From: Eledone cirrhosa
Taxonomy: Eukaryota
Assembly (NCBI GenBank): GCA_964016885.1
Contig: OZ024741.1
Coordinates: 332,444,001-332,508,000 of the forward strand
DNA length: 64,000 nt
Direction of reading: 5' to 3'
Shown here: positions 12,127 to 26,087 of the stretch, piece by piece
Position numbering within the stretch: position 1 is the first letter of the stretch
How the letters are laid out: every line of letters begins with the position of its first letter
Notes under the pieces: generated by a model
What the model was told of the DNA's origin: nothing
Seen by the model: only the letters and a program-made list of their open reading frames with translations
Databases searched by the model: none
Made by a program: the position numbers and the translations under genes

Positions 12127-13287
12127 TTTGTGTGTATGTATATGTGTACCTGATTTAGAATAGGTATACTGTATCCCTGCTCAGCGTAAGAGGTGACTGA
12201 ATAGGTTGGTATCAGGAAAAACAGGCAGATCTAACCACTCTGCCAATTTACCACCTTTTTAATATATTTATACATTATTTATATCCTTAATACAGGCATG
12301 AATGTGACAACTTCATTTCTCCTGTACAACAAATTTGTGGCATTTTGCCTGACTAAGAAATCAATATTTAATCAATCACAAAAAAGACATTGAATAGCTT
12401 GAATGTGATTGCTTTTTATAGTCGATAAAAGTTCAATATTTACATCAATTAATGTTAACAGCAATCAGAAACCACATATTATATTTAGCTCATTGCACAT
12501 TTTTTGTTTTATTGCTGTATACACAGAGAAAGTTTTTCTGGCAGAGATACGTTGTTATTAAACTGTATTGTTACTATTATTACACTAAGAACCAGAGTTT
12601 TTGTTCTATTATATCTGAAACATATATTCGATTAATCAGGGAGCACTGAACCCACAAATCACTTTTTTTCTTTTTTTCATATACCATCAATTTTTTGTAG
12701 TGCATCACACCTCCATTTTGAAAAAAATCTTCATGTAAAAAGTGTTTGATTAGAATAACACAGACAAGCAGCCTCTGTTTTGTAACTATCCAAGTGGTTG
12801 GTGCTAGGAAGGGCATCCAGTAGTTGGTGCTAGGAAGGACGCCCGGTGGTTGGTGTTAGGAAGACACCCAGTGGTTGGTGATAGGTAGGGCATCTAGTCA
12901 TAGAAACTACATCCCAAATAATGTTTTTAAATGGTTGATAATTCTCTTCAATCAAGCTAAATATATGACAATTTCTCTAGTGTCAATGCCACAATAAAAT
13001 GTATCCGGTATACTCTGTGAAATGTTTGGGTTTACAAAGGTCATCCAGCTATTCAAAACTTGCTAAAAAAGGGGGTTGAGAGGATTCTTCAGTTATGTTA
13101 AGGACATGATAAACTCTTTTGTGTTGGTACCATTTTAAAAGACAACCAGTACACTCTATAAAAACTGGTTGGTCTTAGGAAAGGTATACAGCTGGAGAAA
13201 ACATACCAGAACTGAAACATGTGAGATGTAACCCCCGCCTCTTTCATGCTTTCCCCAATCTGTCTAGAAAGAAAGTTGCTCCAATTA

Positions 13288-13322
<35 letters not shown>

Positions 13323-14088
13323 TATAAGCCGAGGAATATGTGACTAAAAAGTCAGTGGTAAAATGGGGGATGGACTTATATTCGAGGTCAATATTTTGGT
13401 GATTTTCACCAACTTCAGACCCTATGTAAATAAGGTGCTAAAATACCTGGAGTGATTATTTCACAATGAAACACTGTATTTTTAACTTTACATCATCGTT
13501 GGTGTTATTTATACATTCCCTTGAAAATACTTCAAATAAATGTTTGTAATTTGAACTTTTTAATACGTAAATATCATGTACACATACATGCATGCACACT
13601 TGCACACACACATACATGTTTTTCTCTGACAATGTTTTCTTTCAGTCTTACTTCTGATTTTATTTTATTGCTTTTTATCTCTTCTCACTCTACCACCTCA
13701 CTCTCATTTGCTGTCTCTCCCACCCTCTTCTAGTCCATGAATCCCTATACAAAGTTCTCTTATTCAATCTCTTGCTTTCAAAATACTCCTAGCATGTGAG
13801 TGGCTGGAAGCAAACAAAAATTTGAGAAACTTGTTGAAACTTCACATAATGGAAACTCATTACGTAATGGAGTTGTGAAACAAAATCTATACTTTAAATG
13901 ACACTTGAAACATTTTAAACATCAAAATATAAAAACTTCATAAATATATTTTAAACTCATGAGAATTTTAAATTCACATCATCTAAACATGTGTTGATTA
14001 GCTGCCTCAGATTATAAATGGGATTTGGATTTTTGCCTATTTCTCAGGCATAAAATAGGGGCTTCAGTTTATATTTGTGTATATACAG
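13288..14088. mobile_element. Tc1/mariner-superfamily (pogo/Tc2-like) MITE, degenerate
   Basis: TA|ctgtatata..gaatataagccga ... tttatatttgtgtatatacag|TA, with an internal subterminal gacttatattcga. Confidence 0.55.
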
Positions 14089-15869
14089 TATTTTCAAAAT
14101 TGTGTTTGGTCTAATTCTCTTTTCTCTGTTTCTTTATATATCATGACATTAGTGCTCTAACTTTTCCTTTCATCCTCATCATCACCACTATCATCATCCT
14201 CATCATCAAGATTTTAATTGTTTTAGAAAAGCCAGTGCAATGCAAGTTAGAAATTTGAGTGAAATTTTGTCAACAAAAATATGTGGAAGCCTATTATGTA
14301 TGTGTGTATCAGCAAAAGATATATGCAATGCGAAGAAAATGGTCAATAAAGTGGTGTTGATCATAAATATCTTGTAATATTTATTTTGACCAAGTAACAG
14401 AGAAAATCCCTTATCAGCCCAGCCTTAGCCTTGTGTGTTTGGAAATGAAATGATCCAGTGATTGATCCATTGAATAGGCCATTAGCAATGGATGTCAAAT
14501 AGCTACAATCAGGATTTCATACTAACCCCCTGAACCCAACTTTCTTTGGCTTACTTTCCACTCTAAAGCAGTTATTGCATTCATAACATTTCCCCTTTCA
14601 TAAAATAAACTATAATTTTCTTATATTCTACTGAGGAAAAAGAAAAAAAATCCTTCTAAATTTTATACTTGTTAGGTTCTGCATTGACTTTTAAAATTAT
14701 AAAGAAGATTTTGTGTTGAAAGCTTGTAAAATAAAGTCGTTCGTTGTTATAAAACTCTTTGAGAATGTTAACACAGTGTTTCTGCTTCATAAACTTCTAG
14801 TTATCAAGTAGAAAATGTTGGAAGAAGAATTTTAGGGAATGTATTCTAGCATGCAACAATACACAAGTATAGAATAATGTAGAAATATAATGAAATAAAA
14901 CAATCCATTGTAAAAAGCTGATTTCAAGACAAAATAAAAGATGAGACACAGAAGAGATCTGTTGCGTTTAACTTATATGATCCTGTACCACATGAAACCA
15001 CATTAGCGAAACCTTCTTGAAAGGTACAAAAACACAAGACTATTACTGCATTACATTAGAAATTAAAACATTTACCCTAATACTGTAAAATTTCACAATG
15101 ATCTGTCTAGTAAATATACTATAAACATTTAAACATTTGAATTAACAAAGCAAACGAAAACACAAGAGCAAGACATTCTTGTAAAGTACAAATGTAAATG
15201 ATCGACAAGTTCCCAGACCTCATTCGTTTACTGAGTAAGGTGGAACTTGTCAAATCAGACCAAAGAAATAATGTTTCCATTGGTCTTTCCATTGCTGGTT
15301 GCAATTTCTGGCAGAATTAAAGTACAAAACTGCATTATGTATCACATGAAAAATTAAAACATTTACTTTAATACTTCAAAATTTCAGTGATTCATATTCT
15401 AGTAAAGGTACTATAAACATTTGAATTAACAAAGCACAGGAGGACACAACAGCAAAAGATTCTTGAAAAGTATAAAACAGCACATTAAGTATTAAAGTTT
15501 TTACTATAATACTACAAATTTTCACAGCAATCTGTCAACCAGTAACGATACTATAAACATTTAAATTAACAAACCTGCTTTTAGATATTTTCTGCTCAAT
15601 CATTATAGATGTTCAGAGATTATACTGAAAATTTCCACAACAATTTTTCTACATATCAAGGAACTATAAATATTTGAATTAACAAGCTAGTTTTTAGATA
15701 TTTTCTGCTAAATCATTACAGAATGTTAAAAGTTAATACTAAAAAATTCCACAATGATTTAACACACATGAAGACACAAGAAGAAGACATTCTTGAAAAG
15801 TACAAAACAACAACATTGCTGTTCATACACATGCATCATACAATCTGCCCTTCATTTTGGGGGCTATTT

Positions 15870-16514
15870 CCTTGAATTTTCACCATCCTGTTCTTACTCT
15901 AGCTAGAGTACTTTTGGAACATCCACTTCCACTGCTAATTTGGTCGCCCAGATAACGAAAATTATCAACTACTTCTACCGAGCCCTTGTGGCATTTAAAG
16001 GAGTTAGTATTCTGTGGGCTGATGCTATTACTGCCCATGTGCAACGATCACATATAAAACCTGCATTCTTTGCTAGTCTACCTGAAATCCCACTACATTT
16101 CTTGTGTATACATAGTTTGCATTTGGCGCATAGGATGGTGTTTCTACCTATTCTGTTCCTGCACACTGAGCAAGGCCATTTCCCTGGGGGAATCTGGGCC
16201 CTGTTATTCTTTCTACATACTAGGACTTTGTTTTTTGCCAGATTGACTTTAAGACATTTAGAATCTAGGTCTTGCTTCCAGGTTTGGAATTTCTTCTCTA
16301 GTTCTGCCATAGATTCAGCTATAAGGGTTAGATCATCAGTATACAGAAGCTCCCATGGGCAGCCACTCTTAAATTCATCTGTTATAGCCTGCAATACGAT
16401 AATAAACATGACAGGGCTATGAACGGAGCTGACTGTTCCTCTATACTTGGTTTGTAGTTCCCCCACAAACCACTCATCTACTCCTAGTTTTCTAAGAGCC
16501 CACCAGATAATGGA
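15870..16514 (-). mobile_element. Older, degenerate RTE fragment
   Basis: SIIWWALRKLGVDEW...LLYTDD...CSVC..CAKC..HKKC..CDRC, with internal deletions. Confidence 0.88.
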
Positions 16515-16834
16515 ATATGTATATATATATATATATAATAAATAGGATAAAGATCCCATAACCCTTTGTGGAGTTGTAGAGGCAACCTCATACAGCATGT
16601 CTAGGGCACTTTAAAAGCTGGTGGTGCCCAACCCTTTCCAGGTTTGAACACAGCCCATTTTTTCTATACAGGAAGAATCAACCCCAGTACTGGACTGGTA
16701 TTTTTTTTATCAACCTCGAAAGGATGAAAGGCAAAGTTGACCACGACAGGATTTGAACTCAGAGCACGCAATGAGGTGGGCGGGATACCGTAAAGCATTC
16801 TATCCGATGTGTTAACGACTCTGCTAATTCACCA

Positions 16835-16874
<40 letters not shown>

Positions 16875-16950
16875 GTGTAAAGCAGACGTAAAATGATGAT
16901 GATGATACATATATATAATATATATATGCACATATACATATATACATATA

Positions 16951-16982
<32 letters not shown>

Positions 16983-17902
16983 AACATATGTATGTATATG
17001 TGTATATATGTGTGTATGTATATGTATATATATATGTGTGTATGTATATATATATATATATATGTGTGTGTATATGTATATATATATATGTATGTATCTG
17101 TATATATATGTGTGTGTATATATATATATGTATGTATATGTGTGTATATGTATGTATATGTATATATATATGTGTGTGTATATACATATATATATATGTA
17201 TATATGTGTATACATATGTATATGTATGGATGTGTATATATATATATATACAATCCCATTTGCGCAATTGTGTATTATAATTATTTCAACTGTAATCGAA
17301 AATTCTATTGCTAAAGAAGCCAAAAGATCTTATCAAAATATTGGAATAATATTTATAGAAACCTGAAATTTCATAAAGCTTCCTCTCTGGGTTTATTATG
17401 TAATCCTTTAATAACGCTATTCACATATTTGAGTCTAATTTTTTTCTTCTTAATCACAAATGGATCGTATTTAGGGTATTTACTATAAGTATTTCATCCT
17501 TAAGTAAGGGTGTTTCTCTTACATTTCCAATACAACCCACAATAGCCTATTCACACACACAACTGCACATTCACACACACACAGCAGCATATTAACAAAC
17601 ACATACACATAGAGCAGTGCATTCACACACACACACATGCACACATATACAGCAGCATATTAACACACACGCACACACATTATAGTTCACAGATTAGAGA
17701 GCATTTCTTTCACTGGGATCACCACACAGTAATGTTTCTGCCACATACACACAGAAACACATTCACACACACACACTATATATATATATATATATACACA
17801 CACATATATATATAGGTAATTTATTCCGGGCTGAATCGGAGGTAACCACAGTAAGTAAGGTACTCAATACATAGCAGAGTATAAAAGTTTTCATATAGAA
17901 GA

Positions 17903-17951
17903 GATTCTACAGGACTAGAACTGTTTCATTCGTGAGAAATCATCAGGAATC
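17903..17951 (-). ncRNA. Type I hammerhead ribozyme with a real stem III
   Basis: gattc-CTGATGA-t ttc tcac gaa t-GAAACAG-ttctagtc-CTGTA^-gaatc. Lies in a TA-flanked insert at ~17816-18390. Confidence 0.78.
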
Positions 17952-18385
17952 TGACTGTCCAAGTAAAAATGGTGGTATTTATATCTTTTCTGGTGGTAGG
18001 AGAGGGTGGCGAGTGGGATGGCTGGAGCTCGTTGGTTGAAAGAAAAGGGAATTCAATAAAAGCTAATTCTTTAAAGCTATAATTTATATTTAGAGTGACA
18101 AAGGCAGAAAGGATTCTATAAACAAGTTCAAATTGAAGTGCCACTCCTTATTTTTAAGTTTCTCTTAAGCTAACAATGCCTATATTTCAAGTGCCTATAA
18201 GATGGTTGGAGGTCAGTCATGGTTGATGGATTTAAAGTAAAGCTTTAAAGAATTAGCTTTTACAGAATTCTCCTTTCTTTAAACCCATCAACCATGACTG
18301 ACCTCCAACCATCATGGCTATAAAATTGAGGCTTGTTTGCATAATTGCAAACGAATCGAATATTCGAAAAATTCAGATTACATTT

Positions 18386-18427
<42 letters not shown>

Positions 18428-18955
18428 AGAAGGTAGTATAGCATAATCGAAGCTCTGGTTGCAGGCAAGTTAACGAATGCTGTCGGGAAATGCAGCCAAA
18501 AGCACTCAATAAGGAATTTTACCTTAGAGTTACGTTTAGACAGCTATGCAAATTGAAGCCAGCGACCGAAAAGCGAGCCGTTAGGACCAGAACAACGAAA
18601 AAACCGACTCGGGGAAAGGTTTGACAGTTACTTGGACCATCGTGGATATATTACATAATATTAAATAACATCCCCACTAGGTTCCTGTAAATCCAAAATC
18701 AACAAGATCCATTTGCATGGGGTCTGCAAGTTAATTGGGCTTTGGAAGATAGAAAAGTGGAATTTACTTCGTCAACAAGTTTTCGTTCTGCCTCCACCGG
18801 TTGCAAGAACTAGTAGTAAACACTGCTAGTAGTCATGTGGTTTCTCCGAAGGGAGGTAACCCCCGGTTTTGGCGGCCAAATTCAAAATTTGAACAAAGGA
18901 TTTAAATCCTTTACACAAACCGAATGAAAGCTCTCAACTAGATGTTAATATACAT

Positions 18956-19009
<54 letters not shown>

Positions 19010-19061
19010 ATATATATTTATATACAAATATATATATATATATATATAAATATATATATAT

Positions 19062-19205
19062 GGAGGCACATGGCTTAGTGGTTAGAGCATTGGCCTTGCA
19101 ATCGAAAGGTTGTGAGTTCAATTCTCAGACCGGGTGATGTGTTGTTTCCTTGAGCAAGAGACTTTATTTCACATTGCTCCAGTTTACACAGCTGTAGAAA
19201 TGAGA
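19062..19205 (+). mobile_element. tRNA-derived SINE family 2 head
   Basis: TGGCTTAGTGG A box and GAGTTCAATTC B box, then ccttgagcaaga.actttatttcacattgctccag. Fragments on - at ~47520-47570 and ~56495-56530. Confidence 0.75.
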
Positions 19206-19340
19206 TGAAAGCGAAAACCAACCAAACAGTGAGTGTGTTCTGTTATTAATTCTGGCAATATTACGCAAATATGACCCTCCCCAAGTATAACAATATCTGT
19301 TTCGACACACGATTTCATATAAAAAAACCTCGCTAAACTA

Positions 19341-20039
<699 letters not shown>

Positions 20040-20041
<2 letters not shown>

Positions 20042-20303
20042 ATACAATAACAGAGATAGTTTAAAGCTAAACTCTGACTGGTAACCATCTCACTCAACAA
20101 ACATTAGGTTATATTTAAATATAAACCCAATTTAAGTGTTTGGGGTGCTAACAATATGTATAATGTGGAGAAATCAGTTGTATTATTTTATGAGATATAA
20201 TTAAAGTTAAAGTATATCTCTTTCCAAACAATTGTTTCATTATAAGTTTTCTACAAGTTGGGAGAATGTTTCCAGTTTATGTAGAAGCCTAATATATATT
20301 CAT
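20040..20303 (-). mobile_element. Diverged, 5'-truncated homolog of the 57.7-kb unit with HHR 3' half
   Basis: Minus strand reads ttctaca..tgtagaa-aacttataat-GAAAC-AATT-GTT-tggaaagagata...ttagcaccccaaacac...cctaatgtttgttgagtgagatgg. Confidence 0.78.
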
Positions 20304-20614
20304 GTAAGAATATATTTAGGTGGGCACTTATAAATCATCAGTGGAAGCCCGTTAAACTTTGATATAAGAAAATAATTTCTTACCGTTGTCAAAAATCGTG
20401 TCCGTAAAGTTACTCTCTCTTGCCTCGAATGACCGCCAAATTTGAAATTCCAGCAGTTTTTGGCTGAGGAAGTATCATAGCGACACGAAGCGTGAAGGGG
20501 AGACAACCCACGATCCACGAAATGAGGAAAAAAAATAATATACACGCGGGTTAATTAGTTTTTTTGAAAACATTATCAATCCAACGTGTTTGAGAACTCA
20601 ATTGAAAAAAAAAA

Positions 20615-20679
<65 letters not shown>

Positions 20680-20693
20680 TATATATATATATT

Positions 20694-20733
<40 letters not shown>

Positions 20734-20821
20734 TATATATACTACCAAATCAACTTTTTAAAAGGAAGTTGCATTATCACAAGGTATGTCACTAATTATT
20801 TATAAAACAGCTTATGTATTG

Positions 20822-20887
20822 TATTTTGTCTGAGGAAGGCATAACATATTTTTAATATGATATCCCAGAAATATATATAACGAAATA
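20822..20887 (+). ncRNA. Type I hammerhead-like motif
   Basis: tattttgt-CTGAGGA-agg..catatt ttt aatatg..ccca-GAAA-T-ATAT-ATA^-acgaaata. TA-flanked insert at ~20741-20935. Confidence 0.62.
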
Positions 20888-20954
20888 AATATGGTTTTAT
20901 AAATATAAATATAGTTTCCATTTGTTTAATATCGTATATTTATATGTATATATT

Positions 20955-20988
<34 letters not shown>

Positions 20989-21550
20989 TATATATATATA
21001 TAGTTCATTGATTAGAAAGCTTTCTTCTTTCACTGGGATCACCATACAGTTATATTTCTCTGGCTTCAACAATTGAAGACATCCATTAAAAGTTTATGGC
21101 TGTGGCTATACACATAAAAGTCTACATATTTGTCTCTCCTGAGAGGTGAAGAGATTTCAATAACGGTAAAAGGATCATGGTAAAAGAAAATTTTTTAATA
21201 AAGTAGAATATAATATGTAATAGGGTGGGGAATTATTTGTTTAGCTCCTAACATTTTGTAATGATTTAGCAGAAAATATCTAAAGAATGGCTTGTTAATT
21301 CAAATGTTTATAGTATTTTTACAAGTAGACAGATTGTTGGGAAAATTTTCAATATTATCTCTTAACATTTTGTAAAGATTTAGCAGAAAATATCAAAAAG
21401 CAGATTTGTTAATTCAAATGTTCATAGTATCTTTACTGGTGAACAGATCATTGAGAAAATGTACAGCATTATAGTAAAGACTAATTACTAATGTGAAGCA
21501 ATCAAATTGGTGTTTTGTATTTAAGTGCCATATGTATGTATATATATATC

Positions 21551-21606
<56 letters not shown>

Positions 21607-22795
21607 CAGTTATATACATACATAATTTCACTTTTCCATGCTTGTGGATATATATACACACTGGAACAGCACTTATTTCTTAATGTGACAACATGTCTAA
21701 CCTATGCAAGCAGGGGAAAATGGACGTTAAACGATGATGATGATGATATATTGTATATACTTATGTATATGTTGCACTGGTAGATAAGCAACACTTCCAT
21801 TTTCCATACAACTTTTATTTTGTTTAGACTGCAAACATAGAATATTTTCCTTTTCTGCACCTAATAGTCTGAGAGGCAAGAAATCTTTTATTTTTCTTAT
21901 GGCCAAGTTTGGCATTGCTTATGTTAGAAGAGTAAATGTGTTTGAGCACCAGATTAATATCTAGGCATTTTATCCTTTCATTTTCAATACACTGGGTTTT
22001 AATCTACTTGAGGTATTACAGCATTAACAGTAAATCATAAGGTGGGGATTAGGTCTGTTTCCACTGACACCCCCTTCAATTCTGAATGGAGGAACATGAT
22101 GAAGATGTGACAATTTAGTTTTATTGTCAGTAAAGTTATGTTTGATAAGGCTGAACAACCATTTGGCTCTGATACAACTTTGCAATGACTGATCAATGCT
22201 ATGATGGCTATACGTCTACAAACTTCTTGCAACTGTTAGTTGTATCATTAAATATATTTTGATCAATTTCTTGACATTTTCCAACAAAAGACTGATTTAT
22301 ATTATGGCTAAATTGCCTATTAACTCAACTTTCAGGAGCTTATTGGCCATTTCTCAGATTAAACTCCTTCCCCTGGGCCCATTTTTTTTTTCTTTTTTCA
22401 GAGAAATAAATTCTATGCTTGAGACAATAATGATATCAATATTTCATGGAAGGTACCAATCTTAAACTCATGCTCAAAGTATGGATTTTCAACATACCAT
22501 AGCTTTTAGATTATGTTACTTGACACTATAGAGAGAAGTTAAAATACACTTCATCCTAAAGGTGAGAAGGAGCTTTTGAATGTTTGCTCTCCCTACAAGA
22601 ATTATCAACCCAATCTCACTCATATCAAATCCTGCTGTCTTAACTCTTTTGATACCAACTCTCTCAAAACAGCTCATGGTTCTATGAAACATGGTCATCC
22701 ATTTGAAAAGGTTCCTATTTAAATTAAAGTCTTATTTAAATGAAATTATTCTATTTAAATTAGTATATAGGGTTTTCGCTTCAAATTCATCATTA

Positions 22796-23105
22796 TCAAC
22801 CTCAAAACATCAATGCCAACCTCAAAACATCAATACCAACCTCAATTTCATCATTGTCACCCTCAGTTTCGTCATTGTCAACCTCAGTTTCATCATTGCC
22901 GACCTCAATTTCATCCTTGTCAACCTCAATTTCTTCATTGTCAGTCTTAGTTTTATCACTGTCAGTCTGAATTTCATCCTTGTCAGTCTCAGTTTCATCA
23001 CTGTCAGTCCCAATTTCGTCATTGTTAACCTCAATTCCGTCATCATCAGTCGCAAACTCATCATCGTCAGTCACAATCTCATCATCCCCACCATTAATTT
23101 CATTC
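22796..23105 (+). repeat. 21-bp minisatellite
   Basis: Unit ~caacctcaatttcatcattgt. Confidence 0.85.
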
Positions 23106-23344
23106 ATATCTAATTAAATTTTGTTATTAAGGGTACATCTGTGGAATGCTCAGGCACTTACACTATAATACAAGATGGACTGTTTATGTAATTCAAAGAA
23201 CCAACCTTGTCACACTGAATATGCCTAACAATTATATTTAGGGTACACATGTCTTAGGAATACTCAGCCATTTGCACATTTATTTTAAAAGCAAACATTT
23301 CTCTTGATTAATCAATTGGATCATCATTGCCATCATAACCATCA

Positions 23345-24085
23345 CCACTACTTTACAGTGTACTGGGTGCACTACAACTTTATGGGTAGGCTGGGTGTAT
23401 TTTATATTGGCAGCTCCACTGCCACTTTACAGAGTGTACTGGGTGTATTTTATCATTGCACCAGCACTACCACTTTACAGAGTGAGTTGGGTGTATTTTA
23501 TTGTGACACCAGCACTACGACTTCACAGAGTGGATTAGGTGTATTTTAGCATGGCATCACCACAATCACTCTACAGAGTGTATTGGGTGCATTTTATCAT
23601 GGCACCAGCACTACCTCTTTACAGATTGTACGGGATATATTTTATTGTAGAACCACAACAACTTCTTTACAGAGTGTACTGGGTGAAGTTTATTGTGGCA
23701 CCACAACTACCATTTTACTGAGTGTAGTAGGTGTGTTTTATCATAGCACTAGCACTACCACTTTACAGAGTGGGTTGAATGTATTTTATTATTGTAGTTC
23801 CAACAGTACCACTTCACAGAGTGGGCTGAGTGTGTTTTATCATGGCATTAGCACTACCACTTTACAGAGTGGGCTGGATATATTTTATTGTGGCACCAGC
23901 AATACCACTTTACAGAGTGTACTGGGTGTGTTTTATCATGGCACTAGCGCTACCACGTTATAGAGTGGACTGGGTGTGTTTTATCATGGCAGCAGCACTA
24001 ACACTTCACAGAGAGTTAATTATATTATATCGTGGCACCAGTAGTACTGATTTACAGAATGGGCTGGATGCATGTTACCATAGCA
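23345..24085 (+). repeat. 48-bp minisatellite (~15 units)
   Basis: Unit cactttacagagtgtactgggtgtattttatcatggcaccagcactac. Confidence 0.9.
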
Positions 24086-24451
24086 GAACACTCATCATAG
24101 AAACTGATGAAGATCCATACCCCGAAATAATTGCATATTGATTAAGTGATTGAGTTTAAAATGTAGATTTGAAAATGTCGGCGACAAGTAGGTTGAAGTC
24201 AATTATTGCAACATTCTGTTTCAAACTATTTACAAATGATTCTTTTATGAAGCAAAATATTTCAAAACATTTACACATTAATTTTACAACAGTGACATTT
24301 TGAAATTGGAAAGAATGAGGTGGTGGCGGTGGGGTAGGAATAAATAAATAAATAAATAATGTATAAAAAATATAAACACAGCTTGTATAAATTTATGAAT
24401 GAGGTTGGGGTAGGTTGGAAATGAAGGTTGGAAATATATATATATATCATG

Positions 24452-24512
<61 letters not shown>

Positions 24513-25407
24513 AGCATAACAAGTTGTGTAAATTTATGAATGAGGCTGCGGGTTGGGTGGAAATAAATAAATAAATAGATATATAAAAGATATAAAAATA
24601 TAAACATAACAAGATATATAAATTTATGAATGAGGTTTGGATGGGTTAGAAATAAACAAATATATATATATATATATATATAATGTATAAAAAAAAAAGA
24701 TTGTAAACATAACAAGTTGTATAAATTTACAAATTCATTAAAACTTTAGCAGATTTATGATGTTTGCGGATATGAGAGAGAAACCGTAATTTGTGAGAAT
24801 GAAGTGTTTTAAAGATGATTAAATACTGCTATAAATAAATTGTAAAATTTACAACTGTAATCTCTAAAGGATATAAAATATATGAAAAGAAACAAGCTGA
24901 TAGAAAAATTAGAGACAATTATGACCTTAGTTGTCAGTATAAAAGATATCCTATTTTATAGAAATAACTTTCTGTCTTTGTAAGCTTTCAGTGCTGGCTC
25001 TTTGTGTCATATACCATTGAACAAGTTGTTTTATATTTTATTTTGATTTTTAATTTTGATTTTGCTTTATTTACTTTCTGCTTCTAGGATCATATATAAA
25101 ATTTTATGGTAGTGATAAATTATATATATATATATATATATATAATGAGGTTAACCTTATGTCTATTGTATATAAACATATTATATATTTATATATGTTT
25201 TCATATATAAATATATAATGCTTAAAGGCTGTCTTAGTGCTACCACCAATTATATATATAATATATATACACACACATACCTTTTCCTACTATATCAAGC
25301 GTAAAACTAATATATTTATTTGCTTTGTTATTTCTGTTTACCTTTTGCATACATACATGCATACATATGCACACACACACACACATATATAAATACATAT
25401 AAATATG

Positions 25408-25620
25408 ATGCCTGTGTGTGAAGTGCAATGCTGCATAGTAGTGAAACATGGGCTGTGACAGCAGAATACATGCATAGAATGGAGAGAAATGAAGCAATAA
25501 TGCTTCGTTGGATGTGCAATATATATGTGAGAGAAATGCAGAACTTAGACAAGCTGAGAGAGAAGCTCGGATGAAGAGGAATCCGAGGTGCGGTGCAGGA
25601 GAGAAGACTGCATCGGTACA
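25408..25620 (+). mobile_element. Degenerate RTE C-terminal fragment
   Basis: Similar to the AMLHGSETWA..ERNEA.MLRWMC..RRLRWY region. Confidence 0.7.
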
Positions 25621-26087
25621 AACGTGTTGCACATAGCACTATTAAGACAAACCACCCCTCATTAGTAGAAATTTGTCTTACTAAATGCATTAGAAATGAC
25701 TAGCAACAATAGATTCAAAAGAGAGTATGAATGCACATGGTGAGGACTTTATAATGCACATGGTGAGGACTACAGGCAGGCCAACGGGGTTGCTAGAAGC
25801 AGCAGCTTGTTTGTTCTAAAAATGAAGAAGCTTTACTAAAATTTAATGTTAGGTGCAGAAGTACATATTTTAAAATGTTGATTAATACATGCAATTAGTA
25901 ATCATATTGTCTGACAAATGCACAGGTCAATCAGAGTGCTAAAAATAGCCACTATTAGAACCTTAAGCCAGTTCTATTAATTTAAAATTTAACAATTTTC
26001 ATTAGGAGCAGTAATACAATAATATTTTTTTTTTGGCAATGTATCTGTGTGTGTGTATATATATATATCATCATATATATATATATA

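Noticed and set aside
18425-18950. GC-richer island between TA tracts, possible DNA transposon fragment
   Set aside because: No TIRs, ORF or ribozyme core identified.
19062-19135. tRNA gene
   Set aside because: A/B boxes run into a SINE body; no clean acceptor stem or terminator.
20464-20527. CTGAGGA...GAAA hammerhead-like core
   Set aside because: No convincing stem I, stem II closure or NUH site.
22035-22500. Possible CR1/L2 RT remnant on minus strand
   Set aside because: Only faint similarity by eye; needs BLASTx.
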